NCBI GenBank assembly: GCA_003693705.1
Contig: RBZT01000180.1
Span: 1-51,190, forward strand
DNA length: 51,190 nt
Source: Polymyxa betae A26-41
Taxonomy: Eukaryota; Protista; Endomyxa: Phytomyxea
Reading direction: 5' to 3'
Shown in pieces: positions 13,452 to 30,694 of this stretch. Below the pieces are notes generated by a model. The model was not told the origin of the DNA. It searched no databases and saw nothing but the letters and a program-made list of their open reading frames with translations. The translations under genes and the position numbers were made by a program. The number at the start of each line of letters is the position of its first letter. Position 1 is the stretch's first letter.

Positions 13452-14933
13452 GCTTTGGGCTTCCTTTGGGAATGGCCAATGGATTCGGACACCGTAGCGG
13501 AACAGCAAATGAAACCCTAAACCCTAAGCCAACCCCCACGCGAGAGGTATTTGAAGATGTTGTGTCTTGCTAACGACAAATTCTGGCAGATTCAATGAGA
13601 GGGCGAGAATGCGGAGCTTCCATTCCATCCACATACAGCAATCTAAGCAATGGCTGGCTTCGATACCTTTCATACAGCATCGCTTACGAAGCCGCATCCC
13701 TATTCCGTGCTATTCATTCACATATGAAATCAAAGACCGGATGCTTCTTTCGGATGCGGACCCTAATAATGGATCCTGTGATCGGCAGAATGGCTTTTCA
13801 ATTCTAGTATGGCTCCTGACGTTCGTAAAGAATAGTGACACATGATGATACTAAATAGCAAACTAGTCGAATCGAGCGAATCGATGTTTATTAAGAGCTG
13901 GCCGTAAAAAAATTAAGTCTTAGGATGTCTAGAGGCTCAGAATGATTGAGCTCTTGACTCATCTGCAGCATAAAGCTATCGCAGGTTGAAAAGATCTGTT
14001 CTTCTCGGTCTAAATTCCGACGCGAAATCATTGCCAGAGAAGGGTAAACAAAGATGGAGCGATAGTTTCCGATTATGACTGCGCCATCTTAACATCTCTG
14101 GAACTCGACACAAACTTGTTTTTCTCTAATTTTTTGGAGAAATAGAGAGGAAACCTGGATTAACGGCTCTTCCATATATTAATTTGCGTGGACCGATGGG
14201 GTCCGTCTGCGCAATCCGACCGACCCCAGCACCACATCATATTCAGCGATGACATCGATTCGAACCAAATGGTTGAATCACCCATGATGTCTTGCTGCTA
14301 TGATGTCATAAGCGATATCAGACTGCATGCGTGTAGTCTTATATTAGCTTGCTAGCCTCATTTAACATCGCTGAGCGTCCTCCATCGTTCAGGGCATGTC
14401 CAGGATCTAATCCTGTATGAGGGAGAATAACAAGACCGAATGGGCACAAGTTCAGCTAATTCTATGCTTGATGCTTGAATCAGGGTGTCAACATTTGCTA
14501 TTCTCTAACTAACAGGTGAGCGATTGCATTTGTGTGCTTGGTTGTTGGTGGCAATGATTTCCTTTTATGTCTTCTTTCTCTTGAAGTGGAGGTGATAGTC
14601 CACATCATGTAACTAACGATGCTGTGCAATTTATGAGCCTTCCAACATTTTCTCATTTGTTGTATTCCTCAAGCGCCTGTACTGATATTGATATTCAGGT
14701 GTAGCTTCCACTGCGCGCTATCTGTCTTTTTCCATCAATAAATAATTGCAACTTTCCCAAAAAAAAACATGCAAACTCAGTAGAAAAAGTCGAAAGCAGG
14801 AAAACTTGAGAGTAGATTTGCAAGAAAATTTGGGCGCTGGTCGCGACAGTCTTGGAGATGTGGAAGGCTGTGTTGATGGAGGATTGTGCGCGGCATCCAG
14901 AGCCATAATACCAAGTTAGTCGGCATTGTTATA

Positions 14934-17900
14934 ATGTCAAGGTCTGGGATAGAGCATCTGCCGCCCCATTTACACCCCGTCCTGCAAGCTGTACATACGC
15001 TATACTATGATCCAGACCCTGCCGCCAAGAAGCAGGCAGACCAGGCTCTGAAAGATTTCCAGAAGACGAAGCAGGCCTGGCAGGTAGTCGCCGGCTGCAC
15101 CGCATCCTTGCCCCGTCTGAACCTTCAATAGACGTCGCATGATATCCTTCAGATCTCGAATGTGGCCGCCGAGGCGGTTTGGTTTGCTGCTAACACATTA
15201 TACAATAAGGTTTAAAGATGCCCTGTACGCATCGTTGTCCTAATCAACATTAAATTAAAAATTTTGGCCTTCAGGTATCGTTTTCGTATGGCGATCTAGG
15301 ACAAAACGATCGATTCCCATTTCGTGATGCGATTCTGTCCCATCTCTCTCGCCATATCAAAGGGTCGGAGATTATTCTGACCCAGCTGGCGCTGTCGGTG
15401 GCTGCTTTGGCAGTTCAAATGCAAGAATGGGACCAGCCGGTTGACCAGCTTGTTACAATGCTGAGTGCGTGTTCTCAATAATCTCGAGCTCGTTAAAAAC
15501 AATTTTTCCTGATTCCGATTTTACATCTGTTTTTTTGAGATTGGCTTATTTCAGTGTTGTCAGATGGTGGCCATGGCGATACAGCGCATGCATTGCTGCA
15601 TATTCTCACTGTTCTTCCTGAGGAATGCGACACGATTTCAAGGAGATATCGTCATGCCGCTCCTAGAGCCTTGTCCTTATGCACTTCTGTTGGGACCAAG
15701 GTGCTGCCCCTGCTTTCTGGTGAGCTCCTTATTAGGAGAAAAATTTATCGCTGAGCGTTTCGTAGAGTTCCTTCGTAGATCAAATGATCGACGCATTCAA
15801 AGAATGGTGTTGCGTTGCTTATTGTCCTGGGTCCGCTATGCTTTCGCTGCTGTACCAGAATCATCGGTATTAGCGTCGACGATTTTAACCGACTGCTTTC
15901 AAGCTGTCAGCTGCTCCGACATTTCCGACGTTAGTCGTCGTCTGTTAGTCTACTGAATTCTCGTAACCCGTTTTATCTAGATTGCATGTGATGTCCTCTC
16001 TGCTTTTATTATTTTTGCGGAGCAGCATAATCTCGATTTACTTCGACAACAAGTAACTATGGCTTGTTTTATCTGCTGATTCCAAGTGTTAACTTTTTCT
16101 CTCTCTAGCTTGCCGCTGCCGTGCTCCAACTATGGCCTCGTTATTGCCAGCTTCTGAGCGATGACGATTCAGCTCAATGCCGAAGCTTGCTGCAGGTCTT
16201 CATGCAATTAGCTGAATCCAATGTGGCCTGGATCCTTGACGAGGCACCAGAAGCTACTGATCTCTTGAAACTTGTCGTTAATTCTATTCCCAATCCGGAC
16301 CTGGAATTATCCATATTAACATTCAACTTCTGGTTAGTGTCTCGTTTAACGATTTCAACTTTTTTCAAAGTGGTATATTAGGTACATCTTGGCCGGTAAT
16401 ATGGAGGCTTTGAATCGAGCCGACGCAACGCGAGCGGCTCGAATCGGGCCTCACTATCAAGAATACTTTATCGCTGCTATTGATAACATCAGGGGGGTGA
16501 TCGAGTTCCCCTCGGATTATGACGGTCTCAGCGAACAAGATGAGGAGCAGAAACGATTCCGTTATGCGGCAGCAGACGCGTTACTCGATATCTCCTCTTT
16601 CTTCAACAGCGCTGTCTGTCTTGAACATCTTGTTTCCTGCATGCAGGTCTGCTTTGCTTTTATTACTCTCTTCACCGGTCTAATTCTTTTTAAAGCCTCT
16701 GATTGCTGAATATCGTGCTGTTCCAACCAAGTGGCGCAAACTCGAAGCCTGTCTTTACAGCATTAGATCGATTGCTCGCAATATTCAGATTCAAGAAGAG
16801 GTTTGAGCTTTGTTCTTGTTTTCAAAAGCAATCCTTATTGTATCAGAATGCGGCTTCGAAAAGTCTTTTGCCTCGCGTTATGGCCGATTTATTGTCGATG
16901 ACATCGCATCCTGTACTCCGCTATACTGCGACCATGATTATCGGCAGGTCTGTATTTTTTGGTTTTTTTTAGACTGCTCTGAAAACTTATTTAGGTATTC
17001 TGATTGGATCTGCGTCCATCCAGAATCGATCGGTCCGTTGCTCACCTTCGTGGTCCAAGGCCTAAATGTCCCGGGGTCGCAATCTGCTGCTGCTATGGCC
17101 TTCAAGTTCATCTGCGAATCCTGCTCTAAAAATTTGGCCTCAGGCCCCATCGATCAACTTATCAATGTCGGTTATCTATCAGCTGACATGGTGTTTTTGC
17201 TCATCATTTTTGTCCAGGTTTACTGCTCAATGAGCAGTCTGGATATGGACGACCAAAACGAGATTATTGAAGGCGTCTGCGCCGTTGTCTGTTCCCGACC
17301 TGTCAACTCCATCCCAGAACATTTGAGGCAACTCATCAATCCTGTTCTACAGTCTCTCGCTGCCCAAATGAACCAAGCGCGTATCCGATTTTTCTATTGC
17401 TTCTCAATAGGAAATTTTAGACTTGCTTAGGAACTGGTGGTGGTCAATTCGATTTGGGCTTGTTATCTGCCAATCTTGATAGATTGGCTCATCTTTTCAA
17501 AAGCATCCATTTGGATTCGTGCCCTGAACTCATCGCTATGGTTTCCGAAATGTGGCCTTTGCTTCGAGGTTTGCCATCGTGTTTATTAGTTCCATTGTGG
17601 AATCTCAGTTCTCTGTAGAGCTCTTGATTGCGTTCGTTCAAGATGAAAAGATAATGGAAAAAGTCTGTCGTTTGATCAAGTTCACCTTGAGAGCTACCCG
17701 AACGGATTTCCCAGTTCTAAAAGAATTATTATTGTTGATGACACAGCTGCTCCCAGCTGCGCCTTGGTCGTGTTTCATCTACACCTGTTCAATCACCGTT
17801 GATGAGTTCTCAAGGTATCACTTTCGTATTTATCTTCGATTTTGAACTGAATCGTTTTCTTAGCATTTTGGAACATCATGAGTTATTCTCTCATGTTATT

Positions 17901-18565
17901 AGCGCGATCGCCACGAAATCTCTCTCACTTTTATCTTCAATTGAGCAGATCACTGAAAATCCCACAATTTGTGAGGATTATTTCAATTTCCTGTCTCGCT
18001 GTGTCTCGGACTTAACTGGACTCACCATCCAGAGTGGTGTTTTACAGCCTTCGTTCACTTGTGCCGTTCATGCTATTCGAATTCAGCATCGTGAAGCTGC
18101 ACGTGCTGTCTTCATGTTCCTGCGTCATTTGCTTGATCTAGGGCAAACTAGAGCAGAATGTCAAGGGTCATTGTTTCCGTGTTTCCGTGATTAGTTGGAC
18201 ATCTGAATTGTTGCTATAGACCCGTACAATCATTGTTTGAGACCACTGGGCCATTACTGTTCCAGACTCTTATCTCGCATCTGCTTGAGGATCTGTCTCG
18301 TAACCGAATGAGGGATCTGGTTGAGGTCATCAGAGCAGCTGTCAATTTAGACAGGAATAGATCTCGAGTGTATCTACAGCAAGCTACTGATTCGTAAGTG
18401 ATTTGCTTTTGTTCGATCTCACTGATTTTTTCTAGATTGCCTCCATCTGTTCCTTGCAAGGCTGAATTTATGCAAAACCTATTTTCGGCATCGAGTCCGG
18501 CCGAGCAACGAGACGCAATTCTCAAATTCGAGGCGTCGTACCAGGAAGCCAGTCACTTGTTATAA
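14934..18565 (+). CDS. Importin-beta family transportin-SR (TNPO3/Mtr10/MOS14-like), many exons
   Basis: N-terminal AVHTLYYDPDPAAKKQADQALKDFQKTKQAWQ, FAANTL, LTQLALSVAALAVQMQEW, ILTVLPEE, KLEACLYSIRSIA, IIGRYSDWI, AAAMAFKFICESC; HEAT-like helical sequence. Confidence 0.88.
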
Positions 18566-19011
18566 ATCGTTCAGATTTTCTATGTAATTCCGCATTCTTG
18601 TTTCGATCAGAGCGTCACGACGTAGCCCTTTGCTGATCACAAATAGAGACCTCGCACACTTCTTTCATAGACTTATGACATCTACATCTACTGGGTTGAT
18701 GCCGGCAATCACTGCAGTATTTTAATTAATGATTTCTTGATATTATCTCCAAAATGAAGACCGTTTGAGCTAATGCAACTTGGATCAAATTCACCAATGC
18801 AATTGCTGCGATATCAGTATGTTTATAAGACTACAACCCAATATTTTATCGCTATCAAAACTTCGTTACTATGGGAAGGTCGAACACGCTCGCAAACCAT
18901 AGCAGATGCAACTGATGCCGCTTCATTTTGCCAGCTTTATCAAAACATCTCCCAGGAAGCTGATGGTCTCTCTCATCAATTCAATAGACTGCAAGACACG
19001 ACGAGCATTTC

Positions 19012-20184
19012 ATGTCGGCTGTCACAGAACGAACAGTTGCAGCTGAGGCCCAGTTCGCCGGTATGATACGATATCAACCGGTTCTGTCACCGACCTCGTC
19101 GATATCGACGTCGCCCTGGCTGATCTTCGGCGCCATCTTTGTCATCTCGACACAGATCATTTTCCTCTATGCCGGGTTTCAGCAATCGTCCGAATGCCCA
19201 ACCGAATCCGTCGCCTTAACCAGCACATACACATTAAGAGCCGAGGCCATCGAGAAACTTAACAACGACTCCTGCTACCAATCCGGGTTGAAAGGCCAGC
19301 TCGATCCAAACGCCATCGCCACCATCGCCATCGCCCCGGACAGAGAGTTCTGGCTCTCGTATTACACATATCGCCGTTCGCGGCGACAGATCGACACCGT
19401 CGTCCGCTCGTATCGGCGCTACTCAGCAGCCGTCAACTTCGTCGTGATCACGACCGATTGTACGATCATGGACATGGCGCTTGCAATGGGCCTGGCAACG
19501 ATCCGCCCAGAGAGCGGCACCGATGTTGGCGACCTGACTTACAACCACGCCTTCGTCCTCATACAGAAATACTCGAAAACCGAAATCGTTGGGTTCGCTC
19601 TGGGCGACGTCATCTTCGGCGACGGCCTGGTCGAATCGGTCCAAGCTGTAAGCCGAGCAAGACGCCAGAACAAATGGAAAGACGTCTTCGCTGCTGCCAC
19701 ACGATATAATATCGACGATAACGATATTCCGATAGCGATAATGCCGATCAATAATATCCATGGCGACGTTCATGGCGAGTTTGTGAAAGCCGCTCGAACC
19801 AAGGCGTCCAGATGGCTGGATGTCTCATCCGACGTGTTTCTATGGAATCGCGATTGGTCTGCGAATTGGATCGATCGGCCCCCGTTCATTTTCGGCGGCG
19901 AAGGATTCGACAATTGGATGGTGGGCTGGGCTCAGACCAGGAAGGGAACAGTCACCATCAATGTGACGCCGACCTTGGAGATCTTCCGAATCAGACGAAG
20001 GTTCGACTTCTGGGTCGACGAACGCTATCAAATCGAGTCGATGCTGAACAGTGGCGTCTTTAGCGATAAGGGCATGGTCGGTGATTGTGACCTGACGCAT
20101 ATGAAATGGAGGAGCTACAGAGATCGGAGCCAGTTTCAGGAGGGCATTGTTAACATTGTAGAGACAAAAGATCACCCTCTCTAA
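19012..20184 (+). CDS. Type II membrane protein, putative GT-A-fold glycosyltransferase-like; intronless (ATG at 19012 or 19063)
   Basis: N-terminal TM (WLIFGAIFVISTQIIFLYAGF); VGFALGDVIF at the DxD position; DVFLW and PPFIFGGEGFDNWMV motif. Confidence 0.6.
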   Translation: MSAVTERTVAAEAQFAGMIRYQPVLSPTSSISTSPWLIFGAIFVISTQIIFLYAGFQQSSECPTESVALTSTYTLRAEAIEKLNNDSCYQSGLKGQLDPNAIATIAIAPDREFWLSYYTYRRSRRQIDTVVRSYRRYSAAVNFVVITTDCTIMDMALAMGLATIRPESGTDVGDLTYNHAFVLIQKYSKTEIVGFALGDVIFGDGLVESVQAVSRARRQNKWKDVFAAATRYNIDDNDIPIAIMPINNIHGDVHGEFVKAARTKASRWLDVSSDVFLWNRDWSANWIDRPPFIFGGEGFDNWMVGWAQTRKGTVTINVTPTLEIFRIRRRFDFWVDERYQIESMLNSGVFSDKGMVGDCDLTHMKWRSYRDRSQFQEGIVNIVETKDHPL

Positions 20185-20978
20185 TCATAATCTATAAAAA
20201 CATACGAGCAACTTTTAACGAGAAACTGATGCTTTTCACAGTGAAGCTGAAGAAAATTCCGCGATTCGTTTTAGTTAAGAGAATGAAGCCAATGCGAGTG
20301 CATCAGCAGGGTTCCAAAAAGTGGATTAGATGAAATCCTTAGTTTACCGAGAACCGGTCGCAGGTAGTAAAAGGCGACTTGCGAATGCCGGTTCGCGACA
20401 AAAAGATACTGAATAGGGCGCACTGAAGACGCTTATATAGCGGAGCTAGGGCCGCAACCCATTATGGGACCTTTTTACCATATTATTCTGTCTTTATAAA
20501 GCTCTGCATCTTGGCACCTGATTGCGTCAACAAGCTGTCGATGCGACATCTGGCCCGAATGTGGTCTTCTGAAATCGCCCGGTTTAGGATAGATGTCTAA
20601 AGCGTTCATTAATCGAGGTCTGTTTTAATCATCCAACCTCATCGTGGAATCAGCAGCCCATGGTGAACCGATGTCAGTAACAGATGTTAACTACATTTTG
20701 CTGTGCTTGACCAATACGTGATGGAAGACTAAACTTCGCTTTCACGCACTTTACCTTTGAGAAATGCTATTCACCTACAACAAGAGATACGATTTCAAGA
20801 TTGATACTGTAGCAATCTCGAAATTGAGGGCTGCGCAAAACATTGCTGCGCGAAAAAAAGTGCGAAAATGTGAAAAATGTTGCGTAACTGGTATATCTTC
20901 CGAGATTCGATTCTGTCAAAAGTCAGGCGGCGAGTCAGCTTTCAGCTTTCGTTACAAAGCTGGCGGCCGCTTTTCGTA

Positions 20979-22185
<1,207 letters not shown>

Positions 22186-22960
22186 ATCGGCATACATCTA
22201 GATAATATACTGTATCAATGAAATCGACTCAGAAGCCGTACGAGATAGCTATTCGAGATTCGAGAATTTTCTGGAATGTCAGGCTTTATATATCGCAGGC
22301 TTGGCTGTCAGTCTTTCGGTCTATAACAATGTGCCCGTTTCGCATGGCGCTAATTCTGGTGGCGTCCTTCATCACGATCGTCAACGTCTTCAAATCACTA
22401 AGTAGCAACAAAAACAAAGGAAAAGCCGACCCGGTCTCTAAGTCGCGATCCACTGCAGCTCCAAGAATTGAATCAAGTCAACATGGCTGAATTCCCCAAG
22501 ACAACAGGCGATTTTGCTTCTGGCGATTCAATGTTTAATCACGGCTACCATATTTAAGCAGTGGTACCTTTTTATGTCACAATGTACAATTCTTCTTAGC
22601 GTAGTTGCAATGGGATCAACCTAGTAAGATTTCAGCAGAGTACCTACGTTAGTTCAAGAAATTGGTCTTATGTTCATTGATCATAGAGGAATGTTCGTCA
22701 GTAGGTTTTTGATGACCAACTGGTCATAGCTCATGAGCACCTTTTTCTCAAGTTTTTACGAATACTTTTTCCAGTGTCGCACAAAAATTGGCGGGAATGT
22801 AAAACAGCACCAGGGTCTAGGGGGCCCCTCTATGATGGAGAGAGTCCTCTACTACCTAGCCCTAGGTAGCTGCTGAAATCATTCCATCGTCGCATCCCAT
22901 TTCATAATTCCAACCCTAACTCGTCGTCTTCGACTCTGCTTACAACGTTATTTCTGCTTA

Positions 22961-27127
<4,167 letters not shown>

Positions 27128-27198
27128 GCTCGAACCTATTTATTTATCTTTTGTTTACTTTTTTATACATTTTGCTAGCCTAATAAAGTTGGGCAATA

Positions 27199-28543
27199 TT
27201 AGATATGGACGAATATGCCTTTGGATTTCATCAATCGGAATTCTTTCGGAATCACATCGAGTTGCTCGATCTCATCTGGAGCTGAAATCCATTTCTGCAC
27301 AAGCCGATTCGGAGTCGCCTCATCAAAAGTTGTTCTCTCCTCAGTTCTCATAGATGTTGCCGGTCCCTCTTTCCTTTTGCTCGGCTCCTTCGCCACAATC
27401 GAACGACGTGGCGGTTGCTTTACAACGCCTTGTACTTCCGGACATCGTCTGGGCGACAGAAATGCGAACGTTGACGTTCGATCAAGTTCAGGCAGTCGCG
27501 CGGTCAAAGGAATTTGACTTCTCTCCACGTCTGCACTAATTCCGGGCCGAATCGGTTTCCACAAGAACCGCTATTCGTTAGATTAGCATCACAGGAGATG
27601 GTAAAACCGCAGGAGGACGACCTGATCGATTCCCGATGTATTGCCAATGAATCCGCGAAGAGCCCGCTTCATCGCGACATGCTCTTTGAGCTGGCACAGC
27701 GATTCGTATTTCAATCCTGATAGCGACATAGGAATCCGGCTACCAGCGACGACCTCTTTCTTACCGGATCGGAAATCATCGCGTGCAACCACCATTAGGA
27801 TCGAAGGCGCTGAAATCGTGGCGTGATGTTCATGCCTCAGAGCTATTCCTGAATGAACACGGATGCAGATGCATGAGAGAGAGCTTACATTGGAGATTAG
27901 GACGAGACAGATTCAGCTGGGAGACGATCGACTCGGTGCACAGCTCACCATTCCCAAGGCAAGCGATATGAATAGCGTGCTGCATATTCGTACCATTCTG
28001 TTTGGGCCAGTATGGGTGGGTAATCGAACAACGATCATTTCAAACCTGTTTCGTTAGCTGACATCTGCCTTCAACCAGGAAGGCGACCTCGGTGATGGCG
28101 TCTCCTTCCTTGAACAGGACTAATTGAATTCATTATATGATCGCCGTTTCAGAGATAACGATGCTCGAAAGGAACAGCGAAACGGAAACGTCCGAACCTT
28201 GTCCGGGTTTCATCAATCGAATCGCTGAGCACGTTGCCAATGCATTCAGCGAGAAACTGGAGATGTTAGCGAGGCCGCCGATTCGATGCAGAATCGTCAT
28301 CTTGTCGGAGACGGAGGCGTCGCCGATCGAACCGAGTCCCAGCGCCATCGTCGGGTCCGTCTGGCGCTGCTGCTGTTGCGGCGGCAGCGACGGCTTCTTG
28401 GGCGATTCCGGCGGGCAGATCAGCGTGCGGCGCCAGAACGCCAGCGGGCGGGTACGGCGTCGCGGCCCCAGACGGGAATGCAGCCGCTGGAGGAATTCGG
28501 GCAGATCCGATTGGGTGATCTGCCACAAGCGGAACGAATCCAT
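27199..28543 (-). CDS. Cyclic nucleotide-binding domain protein (CNBD-like), multi-exon
   Basis: Spliced reading LANISSFSLNALATCSAIRLMKPGQ|VLFKEGDAITEVAFLVEGRCQLTK ... IACLGNGELCTE ... ATISAPSILMVVARDDF matches the cNMP-binding beta-roll; last exon inferred. Confidence 0.7.
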
Positions 28544-28797
28544 CGGTTGTTGTGTCGCAACGCTGGCCCGCGTGGATTGGTGATGACGATGGCGATGATG
28601 ATGATGATGCGGCGGTCCAGTACGCCCGATTCGACCAGGTCATATCTCCGACCAGATCGGGGGTGGGTTTTGCGATACGAGATGATGATACGATAGAGGC
28701 GATTCCCATACCGAGGCGGCTCGATGTTCGTCCCAGAATCCGGGCGCCGGCGTCGTACTGGCCCGTGGAACGCGGAGCTCTTCGCGTCACATCAGTA

Positions 28798-29141
28798 TCA
28801 GATGAGTATGAAAGCTGCCAAAATCAAAAAACCCGTATTTGATCGAGCCGACATCGATATTTTGGCAGCAACGATGGCTGCTGGCAGAGTGGCAGCCAGC
28901 ACAACCAATGAGACGGCCAGCGCGGCGACCGTAACGATCGGAATTGCGACAGACCAGTAATCCAGCTGGGTTATGGCGGGGATGCTAAAGCGGCATTGAT
29001 CGTGAACCAGACTTCGCCTGTTTCTTTTGACCAGCATTGTCCAGGTTGCACCCAATCCTGGTGATACAAGGAACCCGCCTGGTCTAGGGAGACATGAAGC
29101 GGGATATTGGTCCTGTTACAAACCGACAGCGAACTCTCCAT
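28798..29141 (-). pseudogene. Possible frameshifted small membrane-protein gene
   Basis: MESSLSVCNRTNIPLHVSLDQAGSLYHQDWVQPGQCWSKETGEVWFTINAAL stops at 28971; an overlapping frame continues into a hydrophobic helix (YWSVAIPIVTVAALAVSLVVLAATLPAAIVAAK); no GT donor at the junction. Confidence 0.3.
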
Positions 29142-29353
29142 GACCAATTCCAGAATGCAGTCTCGCGAGTACCTAAGAGGCTGTTTCAAGCTGGCTTTTT
29201 ATAACAGAGATAAAAATTGCTCTCAGAAAAAGTGCGTTTATGGAGATAGAATTCTGATAAGTTGCGCAACTGATTTTAACATTCGAATGGTCCATGAAAC
29301 TTATTGCGGAAAATATTGCGGAAGCGATCACTTGACAGTTGAAACATGCTCTC

Positions 29354-30156
29354 TAGGGGTGTCCAAAGTTCGGTTCAAAAAATCGGTTAACCGGTTAACC
29401 GCGCGAACCGGAAACCGGTTAATGGTTTTCTCCTATCCTATTAACCGATCGGTTAACCGGTTAAAAAATTCATAAACTGCGCATGCGGCATTTCATCGAT
29501 TTCTTTCTCATTCATCTCATTCTCTGTGCTTCAATGACCGATTACAGAGGATTCTCTCCCAGTAGTCTCTCGAAATCGGAGCCTGAATCTCAGGTCCGCG
29601 GTGCATCGGCCGTCCAACAGCGCGGCATTGTTGCTGCGTCAGAGGTATCTGGGTCGAATGCGGCTACACACAGCAGCTACACGAAAGCAGGTCGTAAACG
29701 TAAAATTTCCGCATACTCTTCGTGGGTGTGGTCGTATTACAACAGACGAGATGGACGAGTTTTCTGCACTCAATGTACCAAAAATCATATATCATATGCA
29801 GCCAGTACCGGTGTTAGCACACTGAATCGTCATCTGGCCGTTTCACACAAAATTGAGCAAGACGGAAAACTGGCGACGAAAACCAATGCATCTTGAACGC
29901 CTCAGGTCAAGTTGTCGACCCCTTGGAAGTTGACGATAAAACCAAAGCTTCAATTCTGAAACACCTTGTCGGATTCGGATTCATTGTCGATAACAAGCAG
30001 CCTTTTTCGTTGGTCGAATCAAATGCTTTTGTTGCTTTCTGCAAAGCTTATGTCATCAATTCCGATGAAAATGCCGACATATCGTTTAACTTGTTTACGG
30101 CTGCCAGCGGACCTGAGGATAATTCTACAGACGAAGTGGAGGACTTCGCGATGTGA
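29354..30156 (+). mobile_element. Defective hAT-superfamily DNA transposon (5' end, BED finger and Hermes-like DNA-binding fragment; DDE core missing)
   Basis: Starts TAGGGGTG (hAT-type terminus); subterminal CGGTTAAC(CG) repeats; BED finger SWVWSYY..CTQC..STGVSTLNRHLAVSH; frameshifted FIVDNKQPFSLVESNAFVAFCKA. Confidence 0.82.
29384..29464. repeat. Subterminal palindromic CGGTTAACCG / AACCGG repeats of the hAT element
   Basis: cggttaaccggttaaccg, aaccggaaaccggttaa, ttaaccgatcggttaaccggttaa. Confidence 0.8.
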
Positions 30157-30297
30157 CGCTGAAACCTGATCGCTCCTGTAAATGTCCCGTAATTTGGTGG
30201 AAGTAAAATTATTTTAGTGGAAAGTGGCGATAGTAAAAATACATTCTGTAAATTAGTCCATGATTTATTATTAATTGATAATAGCGAGATTAATTCT

Positions 30298-30694
30298 ATT
30301 CTCAGCGTTTTCAAAATGTTCCATTTCTCTTTTAGCTGTTCGATTCATTGTAAACCCTAGCATTTTATGATTTCGAAAGAAATACAAAATACCTCTGTCA
30401 TCTGAGACTTTAACTGCCTGATTTCGTAGCTCGTCCCGAATTCCTTGTTAAAGGCGACAGCTACAGCTTGCCAAGCCTGTTTCTTATATCCGTTATCTGC
30501 TTTTCCGCCTTTGGCGACCTGATGTCAGCATAAATATAAACAACAAATGTAGGCGGATGGTAGAACTAGCACTTCACCTGGACGATCATGAGCTCCATTA
30601 GACGTAACTGCTTGTTAGCCGTCCATTTAGCACGCCCGACATCCTGTTTTACGGCCGGCTTAACCTGAGCCTGAAACTGCCCTTCATTTGACAT
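30298..30694 (-). mobile_element. Truncated Myb/SANT-like DNA-binding ORF of PIF/Harbinger type (2 introns)
   Basis: Spliced AKWTANKQLRLMELMIVQ|VAKGGKADNGYKKQAWQAVAVAFNKEFGTSYEIRQLKSQMTE|LKEKWNILKTLR matches the Myb_DNA-bind_3 pattern; similarity ends before the expected SGFGWD. Confidence 0.75.

Noticed and set aside
22852-22869. Inverted repeat CTACCTAG-cc-CTAGGTAG upstream of CHD
   Set aside because: 8-bp stem with a 2-nt loop is expected by chance in 51 kb
30351-30360. taaacccta as the right TIR of the hAT element
   Set aside because: Poor match to TAGGGGTGTCC and no 8-bp target-site duplication; it lies within a Myb-gene intron
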